Source: Salpingoeca rosetta
Taxonomy: Eukaryota; Protista; Choanoflagellata
Direction of reading: 5' to 3'
Assembly (NCBI GenBank): GCA_033442325.1
Contig: JAWQFM010000004.1
Span: 614,979 to 678,978, forward strand
DNA length: 64,000 nt
Shown here: one piece after another, positions 49,559-61,589 of the stretch
Layout: each line of letters opens with the position of its first letter
How positions within the stretch are numbered: position 1 is the stretch's first letter
Position numbers and translations under genes: made by a program
The notes under the pieces: model-generated
The model's database searches: none
Told to the model about the DNA's origin: nothing
The model's input: only the letters and a program-made list of their open reading frames with translations

Positions 49559-49559
<1 letters not shown>
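47733..49559 (+). CDS. BUD23/WBSCR22-like class I SAM methyltransferase paralogue (large last exon; 5' exon(s) probably in the gap)
   Basis: Acceptor gcgcag at 47732, then [70 protein letters not shown]...ARACGF...[15 protein letters not shown], which parallel BUD23 motifs. Confidence 0.75.
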
Positions 49560-49639
<80 letters not shown>

Positions 49640-49812
49640 CGCTCGGCTGTGCTTGCGGGACATTGGGTTGCGACTGTTCATTTATTGGTGTCTTTCTAAA
49701 TCGGATCACATATAATTTAACAAGCCACCTGCTCAAAAATGGAGAGTGAACACAAAAGAGACGGTTGTCACCTACATATTATCGTTTCCCACCACCCGGC
49801 ACTGACCACCAA

Positions 49813-50188
49813 TCACAACATCCTAAACATTAAGCGCGCCAGGAGTATCTGGTGGCGAGGCTGCAGCCATTCAGGNNNNNNNNNNNNNNNNNNNNNNNNN
49901 NNNNNNNNNNNNNNNNNNNNNNNNNNNNNNNNNNNNNNNNNNNNNNNNNNNNNNNNNNNNNNNNNNNNNNNNNNNNNNNNNNNNNNNNNNNNNNNNNNNN
50001 NNNNNNNNNNNNNNNNNNNNNNNNNNNNNNNNNNNNNNNNNNNNNNNNNNNNNNNNNNNNNNNNNNNNNNNNNNNNNNNNNNNNNNNNNNNNNNNNNNNN
50101 NNNNNNNNNNNNNNNNNNNNNNNNNNNNNNNNNNNNNNNNNNNNNNNNNNNNNNNNNNNNNNNNNNNNNNNNNNNNNNNNNNNNNNNN

Positions 50189-50271
<83 letters not shown>

Positions 50272-51796
50272 ACGTGTGAATACACAATCACATCATGAAA
50301 CGGATGTGGAGTAAAGGTTGACACATATGCAAAGGCATGTCGTGATGCACACGCACACGCTACCACACCTGCTGGTGCTGTACAAGCGGGTTGTTCTGTG
50401 TGATGTTGACGAGAGCAAGACGCAGGGACACGCACATGCACACACGTTAGATGCGCGAGTGTTGCAGGTCCACACACACACACACACACACGCACATAAA
50501 CACGCACACACACACGCACACATACACACACACATACGCATGCACACACATAAACACACACATAAACACACACACACACACAACACACGCACACACACAC
50601 AGCACAACACAAACAGCCACGAGCACCATATCGGGTGCAGTGGGGAATGACCTTTGGGCGATTCAGGGCCCGCAGCACTGCCGCCGCCAACTCTGCACAC
50701 ATGTACACATGTGCACATGTACATGTGGTGGGTGTAGAGGTGTGTGAGTGGATGTACGATGTTGGTCGAACAAGAACTCTCCTTTGCCCCACAACCATCT
50801 CACAACCATCACCACCACCACAACCACATCCATTTCATCATCATCACCACCATCACAACCACACCATTCCATCATCATCAGCACCTTCAGGGTCCGGGTT
50901 GCACAGGTCGCACATGGATGGCGGAAGCACTTCGGGGACACCGCCAACGTTCGTCGTCACAACATGCAGCCCGCAGCTGGTGGTGGCGGTAGTGGTGGTG
51001 TTGGTGGTGTGATGATGTGAGGGAGAAGAAGGGAAAGGGGTGTAATGGAGGCTTGTTCACACAGACACACACACATTTGCACACATGTACACACATGTAC
51101 ACACAATCATACACACACACGCACACACACATGCACATCACATCACATCACATCACATCACATCACATCACACACACACACGTACCCACCTGGCTGCCTC
51201 GAGAATGGCCATACAGAACGACTCCGTGCGCGAGCAGTTGAGGAAGACGGCACCACGACCCAATACGGCCGGAACATCTGGATGCATGACGCTGCCGAGC
51301 AGTTGCACGCGGCCGGACAGCTGGTGGGCCGGGGAGTGTTGGATGGGGATGGTTAGGGGTGATGCGTGTTGGGTTGTGGGTGATTGGAAAGGCGGAGGGT
51401 GAGCGTGCTAATGTGTGGCACACACACACATTCACAATGCAAAACACACCGACAGACACACACACACACACACAGACACGCACAGACACACACACAAACA
51501 CTCACACACAACTAGACAACAGATACAGCAGCAGCACCACCACCACCACAGTCACATCACTGCGCTTACGTTGTGCCTGTCCTTCATCTCCTCCAAGTGG
51601 ATGCGCATGGGCCCGTCGCCGCCAATCACAAACGTCGCGCGAGCATCACGTGCACACACGCGCGGGATTGTGCGGGCGAGAAGATCGATGCCTTTGCGCC
51701 AATACAGCCTAGGTTGCAGCAGTTGTTTGAATGTGGGGGAGGGGTGGTGGCGTGTGTGTGTTGGTGTGTGTTGGTGTGTGTGTGTGTGTGTGTGTT

Positions 51797-51834
<38 letters not shown>

Positions 51835-52549
51835 TTGGTGTGTGTTCTTGAGAATAGTGAATGCGGGAGCCACAGGATGAGAGAAGCAACTGCAGACGCC
51901 AACGTACACCCAACCCCTTTCAGGTACACACACATACACACACACGCATACACACACAGTCTACCTGCTGACGACGACGATGGTGGTGGCAGGGCCCGGT
52001 GTGCGCGGCGGGCGGAAGTGATCAGCATCGACCGCGTTTGGAATCACAGATGTGCGAGCCGGCGGCATCAACGTGTTGCACACGAGGTGCTCCCGGCTGG
52101 CACGAACGATGGACAATGAAAAGGGAGCGTGGCGAAGGAGAAGAAGGGGGTCAGCGTGGATGCCAGCGCTAGCAAGCAGCGTGCAATTGAACTGTAAAGA
52201 ACAACGCATTCACACAAAGGGGCAGAGGACATGTGCATACATTCACACTCACTCACACACACATACACACTCACACATACACACACATCGCACCATGTGT
52301 GGGATACGCAGATGGCATGTCTCGTGTGGGAGAGGGTAAACGCGAGGATCTTGGAAACAAGGCGGTTGGATAAGTCCATCATCTCCAACAGAGAGTGGTC
52401 GGTGTACACCGTCTGTGGGTGCGCCATTGATGTGCACGGCAGTGGTTCGTGAGATTACGCAAAGCAAATCCAGTCGTAGCGTGGCCATGCAACCTTGGCT
52501 GAACAAGTGCAAGCATTCACAGCACCGAAACTCAAACACATGAACATGT

Positions 52550-52599
<50 letters not shown>

Positions 52600-53286
52600 T
52601 AAGGCTCATGAGTGAGGCGCAGAGCAATGCTTCGTGGCAGAGGGTGGAGAAGGAAGAGTGACCGTGGACGATGGTGACGCCTTCGAACAGGAACAGGCGC
52701 CGCAGGACAGCAAACGCGCCCACCACCGTCGGATACGTGTTCTGGCAGCAACAACAAAACACACACCAACAACAATACCAGTGAGCACCACGCAGCGATG
52801 GGATGGGAGGGAGTCACATGCAACGCAGTTGCAACAGCGGTGGCAACAAACCTGGCGCCACATGACGGGGAGGGGAAGGTAATATGTGACGAGAGGCCTG
52901 TCCTTGCATCGGACAACGCCACGATGCTCGCCATACTCGTGTGTGACGATGACCACCTACATCACAACACCACCACAGCACAACAGCCTTGCCAGTGAGC
53001 GCGATTTGCTTGCTTCTTACCGACAAATCACCAACACACACACACACACAACACAACACAACACAACACAACACAACACAACACAACACAACACACCACA
53101 ACACAAACACAACACACACACACAACACAACACAACACACACACACAACACAACACAACACACACACATACATACAACCTTGGTGCCTCCAGCGCTGATT
53201 GTGTGTGCAATCTGGAAGATGTGTGCTTCAACCCCACCGAGGTTTGGCAAGTAAAAGTCACACACCATGCACACCACGTCCTCCAT
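49813..53286 (-). CDS. PIGA: PIG-A/GPI3 phosphatidylinositol N-acetylglucosaminyltransferase catalytic subunit (GT4); multi-exon; gap near the 3' end
   Basis: [122 protein letters not shown] and C-terminal EWLQP. Confidence 0.9.
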
Positions 53287-54701
53287 CTCCCTTGCTTGTA
53301 GATCCCGCCAGCCTCGTCATACGTTTCTTTCTTTGCCTTCTGTGTGTCACCACTACACACTGCGGTTGTGGGTCGCTGTTGTTGTTGTTGTTTGCTGGTG
53401 TGGGTGGTCAGTGAATTGTGTGCTTCGATATGTGACGTGTGTGACGTGTGGACTTTGCTCGGGTTGAAAACTTGCACTTCACGGAAGAGGGTTTTGTTTG
53501 TGGAACGAGAGACGAGGGAAAAGGGAGAGGGAAGGGCGCTTTGCGCGAGCATTTGGTGCTTGCCGCGTGGGGGCGGGTGTCTTGCTTGTGGTTGGTGGGC
53601 GCAGCAATAGGCAAGCAAGAGCGGCTTCGTGCCAAGCAGCCAAGGCAGAAGCAAAGGCAAACAACACAGCAGAGCGGGATGGTCCGAAATCACAGAGCAC
53701 ATGTCACGCGCCAACGAGCGGTAGATGATGGAACAAGCAATCAAAGACAAGACAAAACAGGAGCAGCCCGTGCTTGGATGCAGCAGCCAAAGGGGGAGAG
53801 CAGAAGCCGTGATTGGGCGCTCTCAACCACCGATGCAGCGCAAAGCAACAAGGCTGCCGCTGGTTCGATGCCATTGCCGCCCGCCTCATCTCACAGGAGT
53901 GGCAGCAGTGACAGGCAAAGGAAAGAGAAAAGGAAAACAACCCAAATACTCTGGCGTGCTGAGCCGCCACAACTACCAAGACCACGCACGAAGCCGCGCC
54001 AACAAGCCAGCACCAAAATATCAACCACAAAGCAAAGCACCCACAGCCCACCAGCGAGACAAGCAAGCAAGCAAGCAGCAAGCAGCAGTGGCCAAGCCAC
54101 CTTCACCATCTCCACCCCTCTCTCTCTGGTCCACTTCCTCAACCTCTCAGTTGTGCGCTTATCGTCATCGCAAAGAAAAATGGAAATACCAAGCGCCACT
54201 TTTCTTCAACCGCGCCCTGCCACCAACCAAACTCAACTCAACTCACATCAACTCCCTCGCCTTGGTCGTCTCTTGCGCTTTGGTCCGGAGGTGAACGAGG
54301 TTGAGCGTGTGATCTTGCAGTTCCTTCCAAGCAAACAGCAAGGCAAGGAGTGCAACCAAGGCAAGCAGGACAAACTAAGGCAAGAAGCAATTGCACGACA
54401 CAGCGCACGCAACAACCGCGTCTCAAAAGGTTAGTCGAGTGTGTGTTTTCGTTTGTTTGTTATTGTGTGCGTGCGTGTGTGTGCGTGCATGTGGTTTTGC
54501 GAACATGTTGTCTTTGCCTCACAGCCAACACAGCACGTGCAACATCAGTCACCCCTGCCACCTCCCGACTCTCACGCGCACACGCACACACATACACACA
54601 CAATTACACGCGCACACTCATGAACACATCCACAAATACACGCGCACACTTGTGAACTTACACATACACAAAATTACACTCGCACGCACACATCGATGTA
54701 G

Positions 54702-55739
54702 ATGACCAGAATATGCGGACACCGTGTCGTGTTGATAGCAGCAGGGGTGCTGCTGAGCATGGCAGTGGCGCTGTCGACGAGCCCACAACCATGCATCGCC
54801 ATTCCGTCAGTGGCTGACGGCGAACAGCTCGACAGCGCAGACGCCGGCGAAGCGGACAATGCAGGCGATCCCGCGCTGTTCCAGGCACACACGGCCTTCT
54901 ACGACCTCAAGTCGTCGCAGATGCACGCAGAGTACTGGCGGCGGCAACTGCTGCAGTTTGTGCAACCGTCCCTGCACGGCAACTGGTACATCATGGCCGT
55001 GGGCGGGCAGCACATGCGCGAGATCAGCGCCTTCTTGTGCCAGATGTTGGACGAGACGTATCGGCGCACGGCCCCAGACCACGCCTCCGCCGGCGAGCTG
55101 GGGTGCTCGGGCATGTGGGGCAGCATCAACGCCACCGTGCAGTTCTACTTTGCGGTGCCGGCAGTGGTCCAGAAGTGGACGCCGAGCGACGAGGAGCGCC
55201 CTGCCGTCGTCTTCTTCGACTCCGCGGGCGTGGACCTCCTGCACACCATGCCGCACAGCAAGTGGAAGTACTACGAGCACTGGTCCAAGTTCAAGGAGAA
55301 CCTGCGCGGCGCTCTCGAACACGTGCAGGCCGCCAACATCCCCGCCGTGTATGTCACCACGAGCGCCGTGTGCGAGGCCAAGTTTGACGCCGAGCACAAG
55401 TGGGCCGCGCGGTACTGCCGAGAGCAGTCTGACACGTTGCGCAAGGCGTGCGAGCACGAGCTTGGCGACCACGTGAGCCGTTTGCACATGGACGCGCCGT
55501 GCTTCCACGCGTGCCGCAGCGAACATGCGGTTGCGCAACTGTCGCAGTCGGAGCTCTCGCTGCTCTCTGGGTTTCGCAATGTGGAGGTTGTCAACGCGTA
55601 TGCGCTGACGGTTCACCAGTGCTGGGCGACCGCTGAAGGCGATGGCATCCACTTCCGCCCGCTCGTGCCAAGCATCATGACGCAAGTGCTGCATCGCTTG
55701 CGCAGCGTTATTGAGGCGCACAACATCGACAGCCAATGA
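54702..55739 (+). CDS. Intronless secreted or type II membrane SGNH/PC-esterase-like protein
   Basis: 345-aa ORF with strong GC3 bias and an N-terminal hydrophobic segment. YIMAVGGQHMRE sits at the GDS-motif position, with VVFFDSAG and C-terminal VVNAYALT...GDGIHF (DxxH). Confidence 0.65.
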   Translation: MTRICGHRVVLIAAGVLLSMAVALSTSPQPCIAIPSVADGEQLDSADAGEADNAGDPALFQAHTAFYDLKSSQMHAEYWRRQLLQFVQPSLHGNWYIMAVGGQHMREISAFLCQMLDETYRRTAPDHASAGELGCSGMWGSINATVQFYFAVPAVVQKWTPSDEERPAVVFFDSAGVDLLHTMPHSKWKYYEHWSKFKENLRGALEHVQAANIPAVYVTTSAVCEAKFDAEHKWAARYCREQSDTLRKACEHELGDHVSRLHMDAPCFHACRSEHAVAQLSQSELSLLSGFRNVEVVNAYALTVHQCWATAEGDGIHFRPLVPSIMTQVLHRLRSVIEAHNIDSQ

Positions 55740-57814
55740 GTTGGGCGGACTTTTCGTGTACATAGCGTACTGCCTTGTGCTGTGTTGCCTTGTGTTGTGT
55801 TGTGTTGTGTTGTGTCTGTAGTACAGTGTGTTTGTGTGATGTGTGTGGAAGTTGTGTACTTGTGTTATCTGTGTGTGATGTTCTAGTGCAATGTGCCTGT
55901 ATGTTGTGTTCTGGTCGCGAATTCCTATTTCTGCAATCCTTCTCCACCCACCACCTCTTTTTTCTTTGCTTTCACCCATTCTTCAGCGAGATGCATGACT
56001 GTAACATAAGCGAGGAGTAGCGTGTGTGTCGTTGAATTGTGCTTCACTGTTTCGTTACGTGTGCAGCAGCCAAGTCAATACAGACAGACGGCACACGCAC
56101 AAACTGGCACAGCAACAGAACGATGCCAAAGCAAAAGCCACCGCCGGCACAGAACACGCATGACTCAACGACGTGTGCATTGCACATGCCTCAGTAAGAG
56201 TTGTGTGTTGCCTGTGCAGAGAGATGAGAGCAGCACCAAGCGACACAGCAAAGCAGCAACGCAGTTGTAACAGCAGACAGAACGCAACGAAAGCGCACTT
56301 AAAAGCAAGTGGGAAGTAACGGTTTCAAGATGCGAGCTCACAGGGAGTGCGTCGGCGATAAAAAACCATGTTGCTTGCTTGCAAGCACAACATTCGCATC
56401 GCCAATACCACCACCTTGTGGCTGCGCTCATAACGGTAAAACATGGTGTTTGAACTGTGCATGCAAGCAAGCAAGGACCGATGCGAGAACAATGACATCC
56501 CGCAGTGACCACAGCCAAACACCAAAGAACAGGACAAAACCAGATGTAACAAAAGCATCAGCAGCGGTTTTAACAGGTTGCTGATTCAGAGTGGAGTGAG
56601 GGATGTGCAGTTAGAAGGGTGAAAGAAGAGAAGAGAAGAGAAGGGGGAAGGGGAGGGTGACGCAGTTGTTCAGTTAGAGAGAGCAAAGGACAGCAAAGTA
56701 TCAAGGAGAAGGGTTCGTAGAGAATAGCACGGGGGAGCGATGAAGAGATATGAGACGCGTGGACATGTAAGGGGAGTTGAGGGTGTACCAAGAGAAGAGG
56801 GAACAGAGAACAACGAAGGAAGGGGATGCGTATGATGGAGAACAAGTGAGGCTGGGAGAGAAAGGTGGTGGAAGTGCTGTGAAGAACATGAACAACGTGT
56901 GAAATCTTGGAAAGAATGCAGGAGTGGGAGTTGGTGTCAAAGGCCAAAGTCTCAAAGAAGAATGATACCGGCCTTGTGAGCACCGAAACAAGCAAAAAAA
57001 AAAAAAAAGTCTGACTTGCCAACAAGCGTAACCATACACTCGAATGTGCATGAATGTAAGCGAGCGGGTAGGGGATTGGCTGGTTCGGCAAGTGAGAAGC
57101 CAGCTTCCGTCCGGACACAAGAACACGAATGCAGAATGTCACCACGCGAGGCAACAAACGTTGTGGCGGTGGAACACCATGAAGAAAGTGGAAAAAGGAC
57201 CAAGCAATGTGGTGGAAGAACCACAAAACAAAAGGGGGGAGGGGAGGTTAAGTGACATCACGCCAAGCGTGCGCAGGGAGCAAGCAAGATAGGAAGGGGA
57301 AACAGTCGCTCAAGGTTTCGTAGTAAAGTGTTGCATGCAACTTCAGAACTTTAAGCTGACTAGCTGAATCAAACCCCAACAATAGTAATTAACACAGAGG
57401 ACGAGAGGTGCGAAACACATGCAGTGGTAACAACGTCGTTTTGGGCGGGAAGAGAACACGTGTGTGAAGTCAGTGGAGATGATGAGAACAATGCGTTCGC
57501 ACACCGCCAAGGTTCACTGGCGCGGGTCACAGACCCCAGTGCAAATCTGCAAAAGTAACAACAAGAGCCTGATTGTAACGAGGGGAGAAACCAGCAGCCG
57601 AGCGAGGCGAGGGAGAAGAGTGCGCCCTGTCTCGTGCAATGTAACAAGGGTTTAAGGGATTGTAACAGGTGGCATAGCACACCAAACGTCTGAAGCGACG
57701 AGGCCGGTGGAAACGCTGACGCGTATCCGTCGAGAGGAATCTTGAGTGTAGCGCTAGCAGACGTACAGCGATGCAGCAGCACAAAGTGAGGGATCGTTGC
57801 ACACAAAAGCGGTG

Positions 57815-60148
57815 TCATGATCTGCCGGGAAGGGATTGACACGAGACCTGTAGGGTTGACCAACAACGTGGACGAGGGGGGGGGGGAGCAAAAGTGATGA
57901 TATGGGTAGAGTTGTGAGTGTAAACGAAGTCGACGCGTGAGTGCACACAAAGAAACAGACAGCAATACAGTGGAATGGGGAGCCAGGGAGGAGAGAGGCA
58001 GAAAGGCAGAGAGGCAGGGAGGCAGAGAGCCAGGGAGGAGCGGAGGAGAGTGGCAGAAATGTAAAGAGACAGAGACGGAGACAGACACAGAGACAGAAAC
58101 AAAAATAGAGGCATGTAAGCAAACACGGACAAGCAGCCGCACCTCCTCGGCTGCAAAACTGGCGCGGCCACGACGGAGACGGCGGTCATCACCATTCTCA
58201 CAGCACCCGCCGCAAAGGCATCTCCTGATGATGGCAGTGAGAATCGAAACAGCATGTTCAGCACCATGTGGTTGGCAGCTGGTGAGTTATGGTTGAGATA
58301 TGACAATAAAACCTGTCGTGCTGGCATGCAAGCAAGACTACCAAATGGCGAAGGGAGTCGCTTTCGCAAGCAAAGCACAACCACAGGAAGCACGCAAACA
58401 AGCACGAGCAGACGAGCACAAACAGCTCCTCTCTACAAGCGAGCACACACAAATACACAAAATATGTATGTTGTGGACATACGTGCACAGAAGTAGCTGA
58501 CACACCCACACACATACACATACACAAAAGCAGAGCAGGTCATTCGCACCCGATGCGGTAGGTGGCGATGAACGGACTTGCAATCAGGGTTGAGAGACCA
58601 ACAAGCACGAGTGCTGGTGGCGCACACATGAACACGGCAGCGCGCCTCAACCACAACGATGAGTCATTGCACTGCTCTCGCAGCCGATGGACAGGCGGAA
58701 ACAACTCGCGGCCATGGCGCATCTGCACATGTGACCGCATATGACCGCACGCACATGAGGGCGTGTTTGTGGGTGGAGGTGAGGTGGGAATGTGCGTGCA
58801 TGCATGCACGCAAGCCAAGCAAGCAAGTCCATGTGGTCAAGTGGGGTGATGCCAAAGGACACAACAGCAGAAGGCAATGCGTTGGTCCTTCGCTCGAACA
58901 AGTGGGAACAAGCCAGTATTGTAAGTATTGTATATGCACGCACCGGGTGGTAGGGCTTTCCGCAGTGCCAGCACAAGCACTGGCCACAGGTGCACTGCGC
59001 ATATGTGCAACCGTGTGGCGCCTGCAACCTCAGGCCACACTTGGGGCACTTGCGTGTTTTCCTCCACAGGTACAAGCGGGTGCGAATGGTTTGGAGGAGG
59101 GGTGGTGAACACGCGCGACAGCGGCCAGTCAACTCCACGCCTGCTCACGTTTTTGGAGTTCAAAGACGGAGTGTATGTGCGTGTGTATGTGCGTGTGTGC
59201 GCGTGTGTGTACCGTGTGAACGGGAGGGATTGTGAGGAGGCAGCACGATGTGAGACCATGTGCGTGTGTGTTTGTATGTTTGTGAGCGTGTGTGAGTTTG
59301 TAAGCGAGTACGTGTTTGAAAGTATGTATGTGTGAACGTTTCGAGTTGACCCGTGACAAGGATGCCACCATGGCACCATTCACAGCAGCGACGGCCAACG
59401 CACCGTGGTGAAAGCAGAACGTGCACTCGCAATGCTGGCATGTGATACGGGGATGGCGGTGGCTGCCGTGCGATGCACGCAGGCAACGTGGGCAGCTGGA
59501 CGTGTCGATTGCGACAAGGGAAATGGACGGAACGGGGCGAGTGGTTTGGCATTGGAACAGAAACAGGGAGGAAAGGGGGGTGAGATGTACGCGGGGAATT
59601 CGCCGCCAAACACACAAACAGACAGCACACATAACAGCAAGCAAGTAGTAAACACACACATATAGAGCCACGACACATGCGCCATACAAACACACGCATA
59701 CATACATATACGACACACGCGCCACACATTACACGATACACTCACACAGACACACACACACGCACAAAGCCCACTCACATGCGAAGGCTTTGGTGCTTGT
59801 GGTTGGAGAGGGCGAAGAAGTAGTATTCCTTGGTGTCGGGATCAAGGCACGGCGTGCTTTCAAGCAAGGTCGGCAGGTTGATGGTGGTACGGCACGTGCC
59901 TGGACACTGCATGTGGTGGAGGGACCTGTTGACGTCGTGGAAGAGGAGAAAGTGCAGCAAGCAGTCGCAGCACACCGTGCAGTGGCCACTGCGGCAGCAG
60001 CGCACGATTGTCTCCGGTGTGTTGTCAAAGTCCTGCAGGCACACGAAGCACCACATGGTGGGACGTTCCTCTCGTCTCGCGAGCCGGAAGTCGGCATGTG
60101 TCTCGCACTCATACGCTTCATCAAAGTCCCTGTACCCCAAATTCACCC

Positions 60149-60218
<70 letters not shown>

Positions 60219-61589
60219 GTCGCTGGGTTTTGTGTTGCTCAGGCTGCGGATATCATCAAAGGGGTGGCTGTTCCACACTGTGCCACAGTACTCACTGACA
60301 TCACGGTCGTCGTCATCGTCCGTGTCTTCTTCTTCGTCGCTGTCACTGTCGGTGTCGGTGTCGCTGAAGTTTGGGGTGGGTGCCACTCTCGTTTGCCGCT
60401 CCTCCTTGCCGCGATGAATTCTGCTGCTGCCGTGGCTGACTTGGTGGTGGTGAAGAAGGCGGCGGTGGCGGGTGGTCTTGTTCTTGTCGCACGTGTTCTT
60501 GTTCATGATACCGTTGTGACCGTGCTGGTGTTGGACGTGGAGGAACGGCTGCGCTGCTTCGCCTTGCCCGTCGTGAACCTGACCCTCACTGTCGTGGTCG
60601 CTGTCATCATCATCATCACCATCATCGCTGCTGCCACACGCGGACGCTGGTGGAGGAAGCACGAGCTCTGACGCCATGGCCGCAACGTGCGACTGGCTTG
60701 GTGTGAGCAGCTGTCTCAACAGATGCGTTTGGGGCGAAGGAGACCGCTCAGCGGCGTCGCATAGGGTGTCAGTGTCGGTGGAAGAGGAAGACGTCAGGTC
60801 TGAGGATGACGAGAGTCGCAGGGTGTACACACCCCGCTGCTGGACAAGCGAGGGTGTGTACTGTTGTTGCTGCTGTTGCTGCTGCTTTTGCGTTTGCACT
60901 TGTGGTCGTGGTTGGACGAGGATTGTGTGTGTGCCGCTTGGTGCAAAGTCGATGGCCTTGGTGCAACGTGACGACCGTGGTGGTTGGAGTTGTGCGTGGC
61001 AGTGACCATGGGAGGTGCAGGTGTGAACAGTGGGTGTTGTTGGCGCTTTGATGTGCTGACGAGCACTGCGGCCTTCCATTGCTTCTCTCACTTCTGCTCT
61101 CTGCTGTGGGGTTGCTGGCATGCGAGGCATTTGCTTGGTGCTCACAACAACGAGGTTGGTGCGGTTGGTGTGGTTGGTGGAAGTGGCGTCCAGGTTGGCG
61201 TCGTGGCTTCGCGTGGGGGTTGGGTCATGGCGTCCTGGAGGCGATGGCAGTGGTGGTGATGGTGGTGATGGTGATGGCACCATTGGAGATGAGGGCGAAT
61301 GAGGGCACCACGAGCGAGGCTGTGGCGACGGAGGTCCATTCCTGGTCTTGCCTGTGTCGTCGGTGCCTTCGTCCGGAGCAAACTGTTGTTGGTGTTGTTG
61401 TTGTTGTTGTTGTTGTTGTTGGTGTTGGTGTTGGTGCTGTTGTTGTTGTTGGTGTTGCTGTTGTTGTTGTTGTTGGTGCTGTTGTTGTTGTTGTTGGTGT
61501 TGCTGTTGTTGTTGTTGTTGGTGTTGCTGGGCCGCGGACGAATCGCCATGCCGAGTGATAGTGATTGTTGTGGGTGTGTGGGTGTCCAT
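57815..61589 (-). CDS. Membrane-anchored RBR (RING-IBR-RING) E3 ubiquitin ligase, RNF144/RNF217/RNF19-type, with a long low-complexity N-terminus
   Basis: RING1 CFVCLQDF...RCCRSGHCTVCCDCL...MQCPGTC; IBR CPRC...ITCQHCECTFCFHH; RING2 TRKCPKCGLRLQAPHGCTYAQCTCGQCLCWHCGKPYH; then a hydrophobic helix AAVFMCAPPALVLVGLSTLIASPFIATY and a Cys-rich juxtamembrane tail RCLCGGCC. Confidence 0.85.
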
